Shown: piece by piece, positions 18,267 through 26,693 of the stretch
Layout of the letters: every line of letters starts with the position of its first letter
Numbering within the stretch: position 1 is the first letter of the stretch
NCBI GenBank assembly: GCA_002011125.2
Contig: MTMF02000018.1
Location: 1 to 37,034, forward strand
DNA: 37,034 bases
DNA from: Candidatus Hydrothermarchaeum profundi
Lineage (GTDB): Archaea > Hydrothermarchaeota > Hydrothermarchaeia > Hydrothermarchaeales > Hydrothermarchaeaceae
Direction: 5' to 3'
Notes under the pieces: generated by a model
Database searches by the model: none
Seen by the model: only the letters and a program-made list of their open reading frames with translations
Told to the model about the DNA's origin: nothing
Position numbers and translations under genes: made by a program

Positions 18267-18297
18267 CAGAGGACTTTTATAAATTAAAAAATATAAA

Positions 18298-19245
18298 TTA
18301 GGAAATTTTAATTCTTGCCCATATATGTTCGTATCCTGTAGCCTCATCTTCAGGTGTTAACATCGCTACTGCTCTTTCTTCGTCCCACCCAGCTTTATGG
18401 TATCGCGAAAAGTCAACCATGTATACAGTTCCATTGATTTCAACACTTCCCCAAATGTGACCATAGCCTTGCTTGAGTCCAAGATATAACCATACGTTAC
18501 TATATCCTTTCTCTACGAGTATGCGCACTACTAAAGGATTTATGTCATCACAATCTCCTCTCAACTCATTGTGTATAAAGTACGATGGGTTCTGGAACAC
18601 ATCTAACTTATAGAATTGCTCCCTGTCGTCCATATAGATAAATGTCACTTCTTTCCTAGTATCTTTGTATACCAACAAGTATGTTCCATCATCCTGTATT
18701 ACAAAGTCTACTACATTAACGAAGTCGGTGACTAATTGATGGTCTTCCATAAGGAACTTCTTGAATCCTCTTGCGTATTTCATGTAGTCTCCGTCCCAGC
18801 TAACAGGAAATCTCTTTAACTCTACACTATACTTTGACAAGTCTAAAGGTATTTTCTCTGGTTTATTTACTTCAGCTAATAACTCATCATACTTCTCAAC
18901 TAGCCATTGATTTTCCGTTAGTACATCGTTTAACTGTTGCTTAGTTGTATTTAGCTTTTCTTTTGCGTTGTTAAGCTCTAACCTTGTCTGCTCAAGAGTA
19001 ATACTTATCACGTCTATCCTGTTTCTCAGTTCTTGATTTTCTGCAGTCAAATTGTAGTTAATACGCTGTAACTCTACTATAGTTTGTCTGTAACTATTTA
19101 CTTCATCACTCAAGTTATAATAGTCGTACACTAGGTCATTATACTGCCTTACCAACTGGTAGTTTTCGTATGTAACATACACTACTAAAGACACTGCAAC
19201 CAGACACAACGCAATAAATACCTTAGTCCAGCTTTCTTCTTTCAC
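18298..19245 (-). CDS. TM + coiled-coil + transglutaminase-like protease
   Basis: N-terminal TM, ~100-aa heptads, GDCDD...GHIW...MVD triad. Confidence 0.8.
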   Translation of the reverse strand: MKEESWTKVFIALCLVAVSLVVYVTYENYQLVRQYNDLVYDYYNLSDEVNSYRQTIVELQRINYNLTAENQELRNRIDVISITLEQTRLELNNAKEKLNTTKQQLNDVLTENQWLVEKYDELLAEVNKPEKIPLDLSKYSVELKRFPVSWDGDYMKYARGFKKFLMEDHQLVTDFVNVVDFVIQDDGTYLLVYKDTRKEVTFIYMDDREQFYKLDVFQNPSYFIHNELRGDCDDINPLVVRILVEKGYSNVWLYLGLKQGYGHIWGSVEINGTVYMVDFSRYHKAGWDEERAVAMLTPEDEATGYEHIWARIKIS

Positions 19246-19487
19246 TCTATCACCCAGTACCTTTCTCCTATATTTGCTTTGTTAACTAACCATAACCCTC
19301 TTTTATGTGCAGTATCTACATCGTTGCTGTAAACAACCACAATGTAGTCAAACTCATTTATGTACTTTGACTCATATATCTTATACCTAAATGTATCGTC
19401 TTTCTCTGCAATCTCCATTAACTTCAGTGAAGCACTTTCGTAATCTTCTTCAAGTATACCTATACACGTTTTAGCCATATTAATCAC
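19242..19487 (-). CDS. Hypothetical protein
   Basis: Operon packing; likely start MAKT at 19478. Confidence 0.7.
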   Translation of the reverse strand: MINMAKTCIGILEEDYESASLKLMEIAEKDDTFRYKIYESKYINEFDYIVVVYSNDVDTAHKRGLWLVNKANIGERYWVIE

Positions 19488-19620
19488 CCTCGTTATCTAC
19501 CATACCGAAAAGAAATGCTCCAATAAGCCCACCAATAGCAACACCAATAGGTCCAGCAATCACACCACCAATAGCCATTCCAAATATCATACCAGCAAAA
19601 GCACTAGCCTCGTTCATCAT
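19480..19620 (-). CDS. 46-aa glycine-zipper membrane protein (not in ORF track)
   Basis: GMIFGMAIGGVIAGPIGVAIGGLIGAF. Confidence 0.7.
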   Translation of the reverse strand: MMNEASAFAGMIFGMAIGGVIAGPIGVAIGGLIGAFLFGMVDNEGD

Positions 19621-19855
19621 AAACACCTCTATATTTCTGTTGTAGTTTTAATGTACATTTATCACAAAAACCCTGTTGCTCATAGTACTCACAAAAATCG
19701 ATTTCTTCCATACACTCGTTACAGTACATAACCGGTAGTTTAAGCTTTCTAACAGCTCTTTTTATATCATCAGCTATATAGAAGTAATCACCAGTATCCC
19801 TAGACATTTCAAGTGCTTCCATCAACCTCATAGCTATACTAATACTAGTTTTCAT
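19604..19855 (-). CDS. Zinc-finger protein
   Basis: CNEC...CDKC; GGAGG SD. Confidence 0.7.
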   Translation of the reverse strand: MKTSISIAMRLMEALEMSRDTGDYFYIADDIKRAVRKLKLPVMYCNECMEEIDFCEYYEQQGFCDKCTLKLQQKYRGVYDERG

Positions 19856-19861
19856 CTAATA

Positions 19862-20233
19862 TCAATCCTCCTCAAGTATTGTAGGCATACCCAAACAATA
19901 CTCAACATCTTTTCTTACCTTCTCCCACTCCTCTTCTAAATGTGGTACATCTTCGTACGGCATTAATATCATTGCCCGGTTGTCTTTAAGTATACCAACT
20001 ACAATAGCTGTACCTTCTCACCTTGACTTACCAAGTAAATGAGTTGTCATATTTTTTCTCCCCTGAAAAGGTACTAACAATATACACCCACGTAAAGCAC
20101 TTCCATATAAAGACGTCTTTGTATTAATATGCACCGAAATTGGTCTAACGCCTTTCTCTAAAAACCTTGCAGTCTGTTCTACACTTAGCTCATACTTCAT
20201 ACACTTACCCAATATTTTTTTCAACCACCTCAT
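19862..20233 (-). pseudogene. ORF interrupted by one in-frame TGA (20018-20020)
   Basis: 71 codons, TGA, then 51 further open codons in same frame filling the gap. Confidence 0.4.
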
Positions 20234-20246
20234 TTTAACTCAACTC

Positions 20247-20390
20247 CTAAATCGGGATATTATACAACACTGGTACAGCATAAGCTCTAGGCTTACATCT
20301 TTTACCATCTCTTAATCGTATACATCCTATAATAGACGTACTATATCTACCTCGTCTAACCATAGCATAGCAGCAATTTAAACATATCAT
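20247..20390 (-). CDS. Small Cys-rich basic protein
   Basis: MICLNCCY...C...C; GGAGGTG SD. Confidence 0.5.
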   Translation of the reverse strand: MICLNCCYAMVRRGRYSTSIIGCIRLRDGKRCKPRAYAVPVLYNIPI

Positions 20391-20394
20391 CACA

Positions 20395-20799
20395 CTAACA
20401 CCTCCTCTTACCTTTTCTTGCTGGAAAGTTCCAGAATGGTAACCTAAACAGCCAGTCATCATCTAACCTTTCTCTACTATACCACTTACCATTTTTAAAT
20501 TTATAGTCGAACAGTACATCATCAACATAACCAGAAATCCTACTCCTCATCTCTGATAACTCCACTCTTGTTTGGTCATCTCCTAACGCTAGTCTATCAT
20601 ATATATCACTCTTAACTCCTCTAATAATGAGATGATACCCTCTATCAGTTTCATATACCTCCGGTACTTTACCAAACCTATGTATCATATTGAAATAGGT
20701 TTTAATCAACTTAAGTTGTGACTTATTATCCAAATCTATACCTATTTTATTAGATAAACACTCAAACCCATCTAACTTGCTTACCGAATCTCTTTTCAT
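20395..20799 (-). CDS. Minimal AEP (archaeo-eukaryotic primase)-like protein, 134 aa
   Basis: IGIDLD (motif I), ETDRGYHL (motif II), LGDD (candidate motif III); GGAGG SD. Confidence 0.65.
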   Translation of the reverse strand: MKRDSVSKLDGFECLSNKIGIDLDNKSQLKLIKTYFNMIHRFGKVPEVYETDRGYHLIIRGVKSDIYDRLALGDDQTRVELSEMRSRISGYVDDVLFDYKFKNGKWYSRERLDDDWLFRLPFWNFPARKGKRRC

Positions 20800-21496
20800 A
20801 TCCTGACCTCCTTGCCATTTTATTAAACTTTTTACAAGCAGTAGGATAATCATATAAATACTCTGAAGACAATTTAAACTCGTCGTACCATCTCCTTAAT
20901 TCAAGTTTTCTATTATCAGAACCATTATCCCATATCTCCATATACAGCGGAGCTTCCTCATACAGGTCCCAAAACTCATCATAGTCCATCCTTTCAAGCT
21001 CTTCTATACCTGAATACTTAAAATTGGCTGACTCAAGCATTGGAGTGTCATATCCTTTACTCTCTTGATATAAGTACATCAACCTAAGTATAAAATCACC
21101 CATATTATCTATGTCATCGCAAGTTAGTTCACTAATTTTATCAACATCGCCTGTTACACTTCTATCAGAAGGTACCCATATAATACTTCGTATTTCAAAA
21201 TACCTTCTCCTCCAGCTCTCACCAGTTGTAACTAACGATAGTGAAATTAAATATTTAACCATCTCAATTTCTGGTGGTGGAGGTACAACAGGTACAACTC
21301 TTTCGTATCTACCAGCTAGTACATCTCTATATATACTAAACGCTAAAGCTCTGGTTATTCCTAAATCACGCATCAATTTTTCAAATCTATATCCTGAAAT
21401 TTGTCCAGTAGCGTACCTGTATACAGTACGCTCTATATCTCTGAACTTACTTTCATCTACCTCATATCCAGATGAAAAAAACCTTATGACCGCCAC
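20762..21496 (-). CDS. Hypothetical two-domain protein overlapping the AEP-like gene
   Basis: Arg-rich helical N-domain, PVVPPPP linker, Tyr/acidic C-domain. Confidence 0.75.
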   Translation of the reverse strand: MAVIRFFSSGYEVDESKFRDIERTVYRYATGQISGYRFEKLMRDLGITRALAFSIYRDVLAGRYERVVPVVPPPPEIEMVKYLISLSLVTTGESWRRRYFEIRSIIWVPSDRSVTGDVDKISELTCDDIDNMGDFILRLMYLYQESKGYDTPMLESANFKYSGIEELERMDYDEFWDLYEEAPLYMEIWDNGSDNRKLELRRWYDEFKLSSEYLYDYPTACKKFNKMARRSGYEKRFGKQVRWV

Positions 21497-21732
21497 TAAC
21501 TACCACTCTCCTTAATACAGTAAATTACCGATAACGTATATACTACACCGTTTATACATAACACTACTAAACCAGCTACTATAAGCATTATTGGTATTGC
21601 AAGTACATAGTTACCTTTACTTATAACAACGTCTATAAAGTATATAGCAATCCACATGCCCGACAAACTAAGTAATATCAACATAATACCATAAACAAAT
21701 TCACCAAGTAAACTCAGCTTCACTTCATCCAC
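21496..21732 (-). CDS. 2-TM membrane protein
   Basis: Two long hydrophobic segments. Confidence 0.7.
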   Translation of the reverse strand: MDEVKLSLLGEFVYGIMLILLSLSGMWIAIYFIDVVISKGNYVLAIPIMLIVAGLVVLCINGVVYTLSVIYCIKESGS

Positions 21733-22556
21733 CTACCTAATCCTATATTACTAACAGCTTCAGATGGGTCGTAATTCATCCACAAGACCTCAGTAGCAGA
21801 ACGTCTTTCCTCTACAAGACTTGCCTTAACAGTAAAGTCTTTTTCTTCTACATACCAGTCAGACAGCATTTCGTCATACAACTGATTATGGTATCCCGAA
21901 ATCATCACCTTACCTTTAACACTCTTAACCACATTAATCATTCTTATGTGCTGATTAACTGTCATTTCGTGAACATAACCTTTACCACCGGTCCTTGAAC
22001 TCATAACGTACGGCGGGTCTAAATAGAAAAAAGTTTTCTTTGAGTCATACTTAGGTATTACTTCCTCGAAGCTCATATTCTCGATTATCACTGTCCTCAA
22101 TCTGTGTATGACTTCATACAGTCTATCTACCTTATTAGCCCATTTTAACGCTTTCCTATCCGTAGTAGATATTCCAAAAGTGTTTCCGAAAATGCCAGAA
22201 AATGACTGTTGTATTCCAACGAAAAACCTTCTTGCCCTTTCTATGTCGTCTCCTTCATCAGGATTAGTTTTTGCTTCAGTATGCTCATCTCTCGAATACG
22301 GTGTTAGTATCAACTGTTCTATTAGCTTCTCCCTCTTCTCTTCATCCCTTAACACTCTAAAGAAGTTTGCAACTCTTTTATCTATATCATTGTACACCTC
22401 AACCCTGCTTGGATACTTAGCAAATAGAAAAGCACCTGAACCACCGAACACTTCTACGTAACAATCGTGCTCTGGCATATTCTCTATTAACCAATCAGTC
22501 ATATAGCTCTTTCCACCATAATACGTAAATGGTGGTTTTATACCAGTACTACTCAT
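21720..22556 (-). CDS. DNA adenine N6-methyltransferase, Dam/D12 family
   Basis: YYGGKS, VEVFGGSGA, EVYND, DPPY. Confidence 0.95.
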   Translation of the reverse strand: MSSTGIKPPFTYYGGKSYMTDWLIENMPEHDCYVEVFGGSGAFLFAKYPSRVEVYNDIDKRVANFFRVLRDEEKREKLIEQLILTPYSRDEHTEAKTNPDEGDDIERARRFFVGIQQSFSGIFGNTFGISTTDRKALKWANKVDRLYEVIHRLRTVIIENMSFEEVIPKYDSKKTFFYLDPPYVMSSRTGGKGYVHEMTVNQHIRMINVVKSVKGKVMISGYHNQLYDEMLSDWYVEEKDFTVKASLVEERRSATEVLWMNYDPSEAVSNIGLGRWMK

Positions 22557-22863
22557 TTAGGCTACCCCCATTCAAATATAACATGAACTTGTATCCATCG
22601 TACATCATAGCCATATTATACCACTTACCGTGCTCAAGATGCTTAATAGCTCGTTCTACCTCACGCCATGTCAACGCACTCCAATAACAACCACCAGACC
22701 TACGTAGACCACATATCGTACATATGTAGTCTTCTATAACTAGTCCATCGACTGTAAATTCGTCAATTTTAATCATAGTATACTTATCACACCTAGGACA
22801 GTACTCATCGCCAGTTTCTATTATGTCTAATATCCCTTCAAACTCTAAATCATTATCAGTCAT
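22549..22863 (-). CDS. Zinc-ribbon protein
   Basis: CPRC...CTICG. Confidence 0.7.
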   Translation of the reverse strand: MTDNDLEFEGILDIIETGDEYCPRCDKYTMIKIDEFTVDGLVIEDYICTICGLRRSGGCYWSALTWREVERAIKHLEHGKWYNMAMMYDGYKFMLYLNGGSLNE

Positions 22864-23405
22864 ACATCACACTCCTCCCTCACTTTACACCACTTACATT
22901 CCCAACTCCATCGTGGACTTTCCCAATACTCTATAAAAAGTTTAATATCGTCAGTTGTATATGGGTCTGTAACCTCGAACTCTCTATAACTGTATGGACT
23001 GAAATACCATATATATGCCTTCTCCTTGCCAAGTAACCACATATACATCCTCAGTTGCATTTTGTCGTGTTCTCTCGGTGAATCAGGTACCTTCAAAGTA
23101 GTCTTTACTTCTACTAAATCTCCATCGACTATATCTGGAGTACCTGCTATAGTATAGTTACCAGCTCTCTTTTTATAAACTTTTTTCCTTCCACCAAGTA
23201 TAGATTCTATACCTCTATCAACAAGTACACCCAATAACACTCTTGGCTCTTTTAGTGTTTCTTTTACACTTTCCTCTGTAACACCTAGTTCAGCTTTACG
23301 TTTACAGTAGCACAACTGCTTAGCATGTATACTATTTTCTGTCATTTCGTAGTCTTTTCTTACTACAGTATCCGTATATATATCTAAAAATTCATCAAGT
23401 CTCAT
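22860..23405 (-). CDS. cas4: Stand-alone Cas4-like PD-(D/E)xK nuclease
   Basis: YCKRK, GTPD...VEVKT, QLRMY, CKWCKVREEC Fe-S cysteines. Confidence 0.88.
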   Translation of the reverse strand: MRLDEFLDIYTDTVVRKDYEMTENSIHAKQLCYCKRKAELGVTEESVKETLKEPRVLLGVLVDRGIESILGGRKKVYKKRAGNYTIAGTPDIVDGDLVEVKTTLKVPDSPREHDKMQLRMYMWLLGKEKAYIWYFSPYSYREFEVTDPYTTDDIKLFIEYWESPRWSWECKWCKVREECDV

Positions 23406-23407
23406 TC
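23355..23407. repeat. 53-bp direct repeat (second copy 24108-24160)
   Basis: One mismatch; covers 5' end of cas4. Confidence 0.95.
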
Positions 23408-23713
23408 TTCATCCCTCAACGCTTTCTCAACTATAGTGTGCAAAGCATACATTTTATCGTCTGGAATACCTATTGTACATACTGGTACATCTTTATTTAC
23501 TAAACGACCAGACTTTTTTACCGTATCACATATTCTATAGTCTCCCGGATATACATGCAAACCCTCGTTTATAGCATACTTTATACAAGAAATAAAATTA
23601 GCTATATCCGACTCTCTCTCTGGGTATATCACTATTCGTTTACACAACCGTCTTATTACACTATCATCCTCTATAACATACTCCCAAATACTTTCAACCT
23701 CAAATACCTTCAT
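23402..23713 (-). CDS. Hypothetical protein
   Basis: ATGA coupling on both sides. Confidence 0.7.
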   Translation of the reverse strand: MKVFEVESIWEYVIEDDSVIRRLCKRIVIYPERESDIANFISCIKYAINEGLHVYPGDYRICDTVKKSGRLVNKDVPVCTIGIPDDKMYALHTIVEKALRDEE

Positions 23714-23866
23714 TCCTCTACCTCCTCATACAGTCTTACACCACACTTCTCGCAAAAGTTCATATACCTCTCGATTGGATGACCGTTAGGACATCTACTA
23801 GGTTCAACCTTTACAGCGTACATCATTGAACCACACTTGTAGCAATACCTATGCCTAATATATGTT
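23710..23866. repeat. 157-bp perfect direct repeat (second copy 24155-24311)
   Basis: Identical by eye, 445-bp offset. Confidence 0.95.
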
Positions 23867-24072
23867 TTATTACCACACTCAGGACATAGCCAATCGTATT
23901 TATCTTCTATATATATGCTCAATGCCATCATTAAAACACCCAGACTAATAGAAATAGCGAACACTAATCCGTTTTGCATGATACCACCTATAATAGCTCC
24001 TCCACCAAACGCCAATACTCCTAAACAAAATATAATGAATGGATGCCTCCACCACCAACTATTCCTAGTCAT
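23710..24072 (-). CDS. 2-TM protein with double zinc ribbon, copy B
   Basis: CPEC..CYKC..CPNGH..CEKC. Confidence 0.85.
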   Translation of the reverse strand: MTRNSWWWRHPFIIFCLGVLAFGGGAIIGGIMQNGLVFAISISLGVLMMALSIYIEDKYDWLCPECGNKTYIRHRYCYKCGSMMYAVKVEPSRCPNGHPIERYMNFCEKCGVRLYEEVEE

Positions 24073-24158
24073 TTTACGTCACCTCCTTCTATAATACTTA
24101 TCCACCATTTTCTTACTACAGTATCTGTATATATATCTAAAAATTCATCAAGTCTCAT
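24069..24158 (-). pseudogene. 29-codon remnant carrying the first 17 aa of Cas4
   Basis: MRLDEFLDIYTDTVVRK-WWISIIEGGDVK; ATGA-coupled at both ends. Confidence 0.7.
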
Positions 24159-24532
24159 TCCTCTACCTCCTCATACAGTCTTACACCACACTTCTCGCAA
24201 AAGTTCATATACCTCTCGATTGGATGACCGTTAGGACATCTACTAGGTTCAACCTTTACAGCGTACATCATTGAACCACACTTGTAGCAATACCTATGCC
24301 TAATATATGTTCTATAACCGCACTTAGGACATAGCCAATCGTATTCCATAACTATCCACGAAAACACAATGAACCCTCCTCCAATTAGCACCATTACAAC
24401 AAGTGGTATCATCGAGTTCTCTATACCACGCTTCTCAAGTACAAGACTTATAATAGTACCACTAGTAGCTAGCACTAATCCTATACAAAACACAATAGTC
24501 GGATGTCTCCACCACCAACTATTTCTAACCAT
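24155..24532 (-). CDS. 2-TM protein with double zinc ribbon, copy A
   Basis: Paralog of 23710..24072. Confidence 0.85.
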   Translation of the reverse strand: MVRNSWWWRHPTIVFCIGLVLATSGTIISLVLEKRGIENSMIPLVVMVLIGGGFIVFSWIVMEYDWLCPKCGYRTYIRHRYCYKCGSMMYAVKVEPSRCPNGHPIERYMNFCEKCGVRLYEEVEE

Positions 24533-24538
24533 TTTACA

Positions 24539-24673
24539 TCACCTCCTCCTGTAGTATTTATCCACCAACTCCCTCTGCCATTCACTCAAGTCTCCATATT
24601 TTAGTATTCTTGCTTTCAACAACTTATACAACCTTTTTGCTTCTTTTCTTTCGTCGTCAAATTCCAATACCAT
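24539..24673 (-). CDS. 44-aa basic protein (not in ORF track)
   Basis: GGAGGTG SD; MVLEFDDERKEAKRLY... Confidence 0.6.
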   Translation of the reverse strand: MVLEFDDERKEAKRLYKLLKARILKYGDLSEWQRELVDKYYRRR

Positions 24674-24699
24674 CCTTAACACCTCCTAAAACATTTTAC

Positions 24700-24876
24700 C
24701 TAGTCTAACAAATCACCTAAAGCACCAAGTAGCACACCCAACGGAAGTGCAATAAGTATAGATATAGACGCTATTAACCCGAAATACCTTGGAAACATAG
24801 ACACCATAGCATACACAAAAGACACATATCCTATAGCACCCATAAAAAACACAGCCAAACTTTTAACTAATCCCAT
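24700..24876 (-). CDS. 2-TM membrane protein
   Basis: GGAGG SD before MGLVKS. Confidence 0.65.
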   Translation of the reverse strand: MGLVKSLAVFFMGAIGYVSFVYAMVSMFPRYFGLIASISILIALPLGVLLGALGDLLD

Positions 24877-24878
24877 TT

Positions 24879-24989
24879 CTAATCCCTCCTTAACTTCCAA
24901 GTATATACCAAACCTGCAGACACTATTATAGCATACGCTACAACAAATACTAACATATATAACACTACTTCACTTACATCGTACACCAT
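24879..24989 (-). CDS. 36-aa single-TM peptide (not in ORF track)
   Basis: MVYDVSEVVLYMLVFVVAYAIIVSAGLVYTWKLRRD; fills gap. Confidence 0.5.
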   Translation of the reverse strand: MVYDVSEVVLYMLVFVVAYAIIVSAGLVYTWKLRRD

Positions 24990-24993
24990 AGTT

Positions 24994-26484
24994 TCAATTA
25001 TCATCCTCTACCACCTCCACCGCTTCTACAAACCAACTCGGAAACTGACTTTTATATCTAAACAAGAAACCAAAACTTTCATCAAGTATATACGTCTTAC
25101 ACCAATCGTCTTCAGCTCTAACACCTCTACCACAAGCCTGTACCAAATTTTTAATTGCTTGATACCTATACCAGTTCCACGCTTTCCTGTTATTTAGCAA
25201 CTCGTCTACTCTTATATCGTTTAAATCTGGATAAGGTACTTTTGTAATCACTACGTACCTACACATATCATATCTTAAATCAACACCTCTTTCAAATCCA
25301 ACTCCTATAAACACTCCACCGTCTCTAATCCACTCCTTAAACTTATCATTCCTATCAACTGAATTATGTGAAATATATTTAATATTCATCCAGTCAAGCT
25401 CTCTACATATACCTTCTTTCAGTTCATAACTATTGCAGTGTACTATTCCGTTATACCCTTCATTCTCTTTAACTATTTTAGCCACAACCTTTGCAATCTT
25501 ATTGTAGTTATCTTCTCTAACGTCTTTAGTCATCTTACATATAGGCATATAGTAAACTTTCCTATTCTCAACTGGAAATGTATGTGGTACCTTAATCATT
25601 ACCGTATCGTTTGCATCTAAACCCGTTGTTCTGCAAAACATTACTCTATCTATTATAGTAGCTGAACTAACTAACCTATATTCTCCTCTCGACCATATTA
25701 GCTCTTCAATTATCTGACCAGCGTTAACTGGCTTGACAATCAACCTTTTTCCATCTGAAGTAAATACCCAGTTTCTCTTATCTTCACTAACCTTATTTAT
25801 AAACGTAGTCAGTTTTATCTTATACTTAATTAGTTTATTTAAATCCCTTAAATCATCTCTACTAAGTTCATCCTTTTCCTCAATTTCTTTTATAACACCA
25901 CATACCTTCTTATAAGCAGCTTTAGCCCAAACTATAACATCATCAATATCATTAAACCTATTTTTTGTCCTAAACTTAAAGCTACCAAACTCTATTGCCC
26001 AATTTTCCAAATCATCACCTTCATCAACTATTAATAGTTCTCTGTCATCAAACCCTAATCCCTCCGGCACATACCTATCATATATCAAATACGCAAAACT
26101 CATAGCTGCTATAGTATGATACATAGCATCGTACTTCTTCCTCTTATATATACATTCCTCTACACATACATAATTCTTCTTCGTCATACATGGTCCTGTA
26201 GCACAACTTTTACTTTTGTCAGCAAGACATACATAATTACTCCTACCCTTAATAACCGCTATATCAAGTATTGGGTCACTTTCAATCTGATTAAGCAATG
26301 ATACCTGAGGAGTAGTATAAAATACACTACCCATATTCATAGTAAACCATTTAGCTATTACATAATTAACTATACTTTTACCAAATCCTGTAGGTGCATC
26401 AATTAACACGTTAGTATACCCATCTTCATATGCACCTATTACTTTCTGTACCACTTCTTTCTGGTACTTCCTCGGTTTAATCAT
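24994..26484 (-). CDS. SF2 helicase, XPD/Rad3/DinG family with Fe-S cluster
   Basis: PRKYQ, APTGFGKS, KGRSNYVC and Cys cluster, DEGD, SAT, KVPYP, QACGRGVR. Confidence 0.92.
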   Translation of the reverse strand: MIKPRKYQKEVVQKVIGAYEDGYTNVLIDAPTGFGKSIVNYVIAKWFTMNMGSVFYTTPQVSLLNQIESDPILDIAVIKGRSNYVCLADKSKSCATGPCMTKKNYVCVEECIYKRKKYDAMYHTIAAMSFAYLIYDRYVPEGLGFDDRELLIVDEGDDLENWAIEFGSFKFRTKNRFNDIDDVIVWAKAAYKKVCGVIKEIEEKDELSRDDLRDLNKLIKYKIKLTTFINKVSEDKRNWVFTSDGKRLIVKPVNAGQIIEELIWSRGEYRLVSSATIIDRVMFCRTTGLDANDTVMIKVPHTFPVENRKVYYMPICKMTKDVREDNYNKIAKVVAKIVKENEGYNGIVHCNSYELKEGICRELDWMNIKYISHNSVDRNDKFKEWIRDGGVFIGVGFERGVDLRYDMCRYVVITKVPYPDLNDIRVDELLNNRKAWNWYRYQAIKNLVQACGRGVRAEDDWCKTYILDESFGFLFRYKSQFPSWFVEAVEVVEDDN

Positions 26485-26693
26485 AAAGCATATCCCCTAT
26501 CTTCAACTAGCATATTATAAAACTTATCATACTCAGGCTTATTCTTACCGAAACAGCATACATTTCTTTTACCATTACTTTTATGTTCTACAATAATCCT
26601 AACATAACCCCTACCTCGTCTACGCCTCCACGTTAATATACCTTGTCTACCACACCTAGGACAATTAATCATTACTACCATTGTAATCACCAC
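26481..26693 (-). CDS. Zinc-finger protein
   Basis: CPRCG...H...C, Arg-rich. Confidence 0.7.
   Translation of the reverse strand: MVITMVVMINCPRCGRQGILTWRRRRGRGYVRIIVEHKSNGKRNVCCFGKNKPEYDKFYNMLVEDRGYAL

Noticed and set aside
20000-20085. BHB intron removing the in-frame TGA
   Set aside because: An 11-bp stem exists but no register gives a 4-bp helix with two 3-nt bulges.
22860-23405. CRISPR-Cas locus or mini-array near cas4
   Set aside because: No repeat-spacer pattern seen anywhere and no other cas genes; stand-alone Cas4 is common in archaeal viruses.
23710-24311. DGR template/variable repeat pair
   Set aside because: Copies are identical with no adenine-specific changes, both are coding, and no reverse transcriptase is present.
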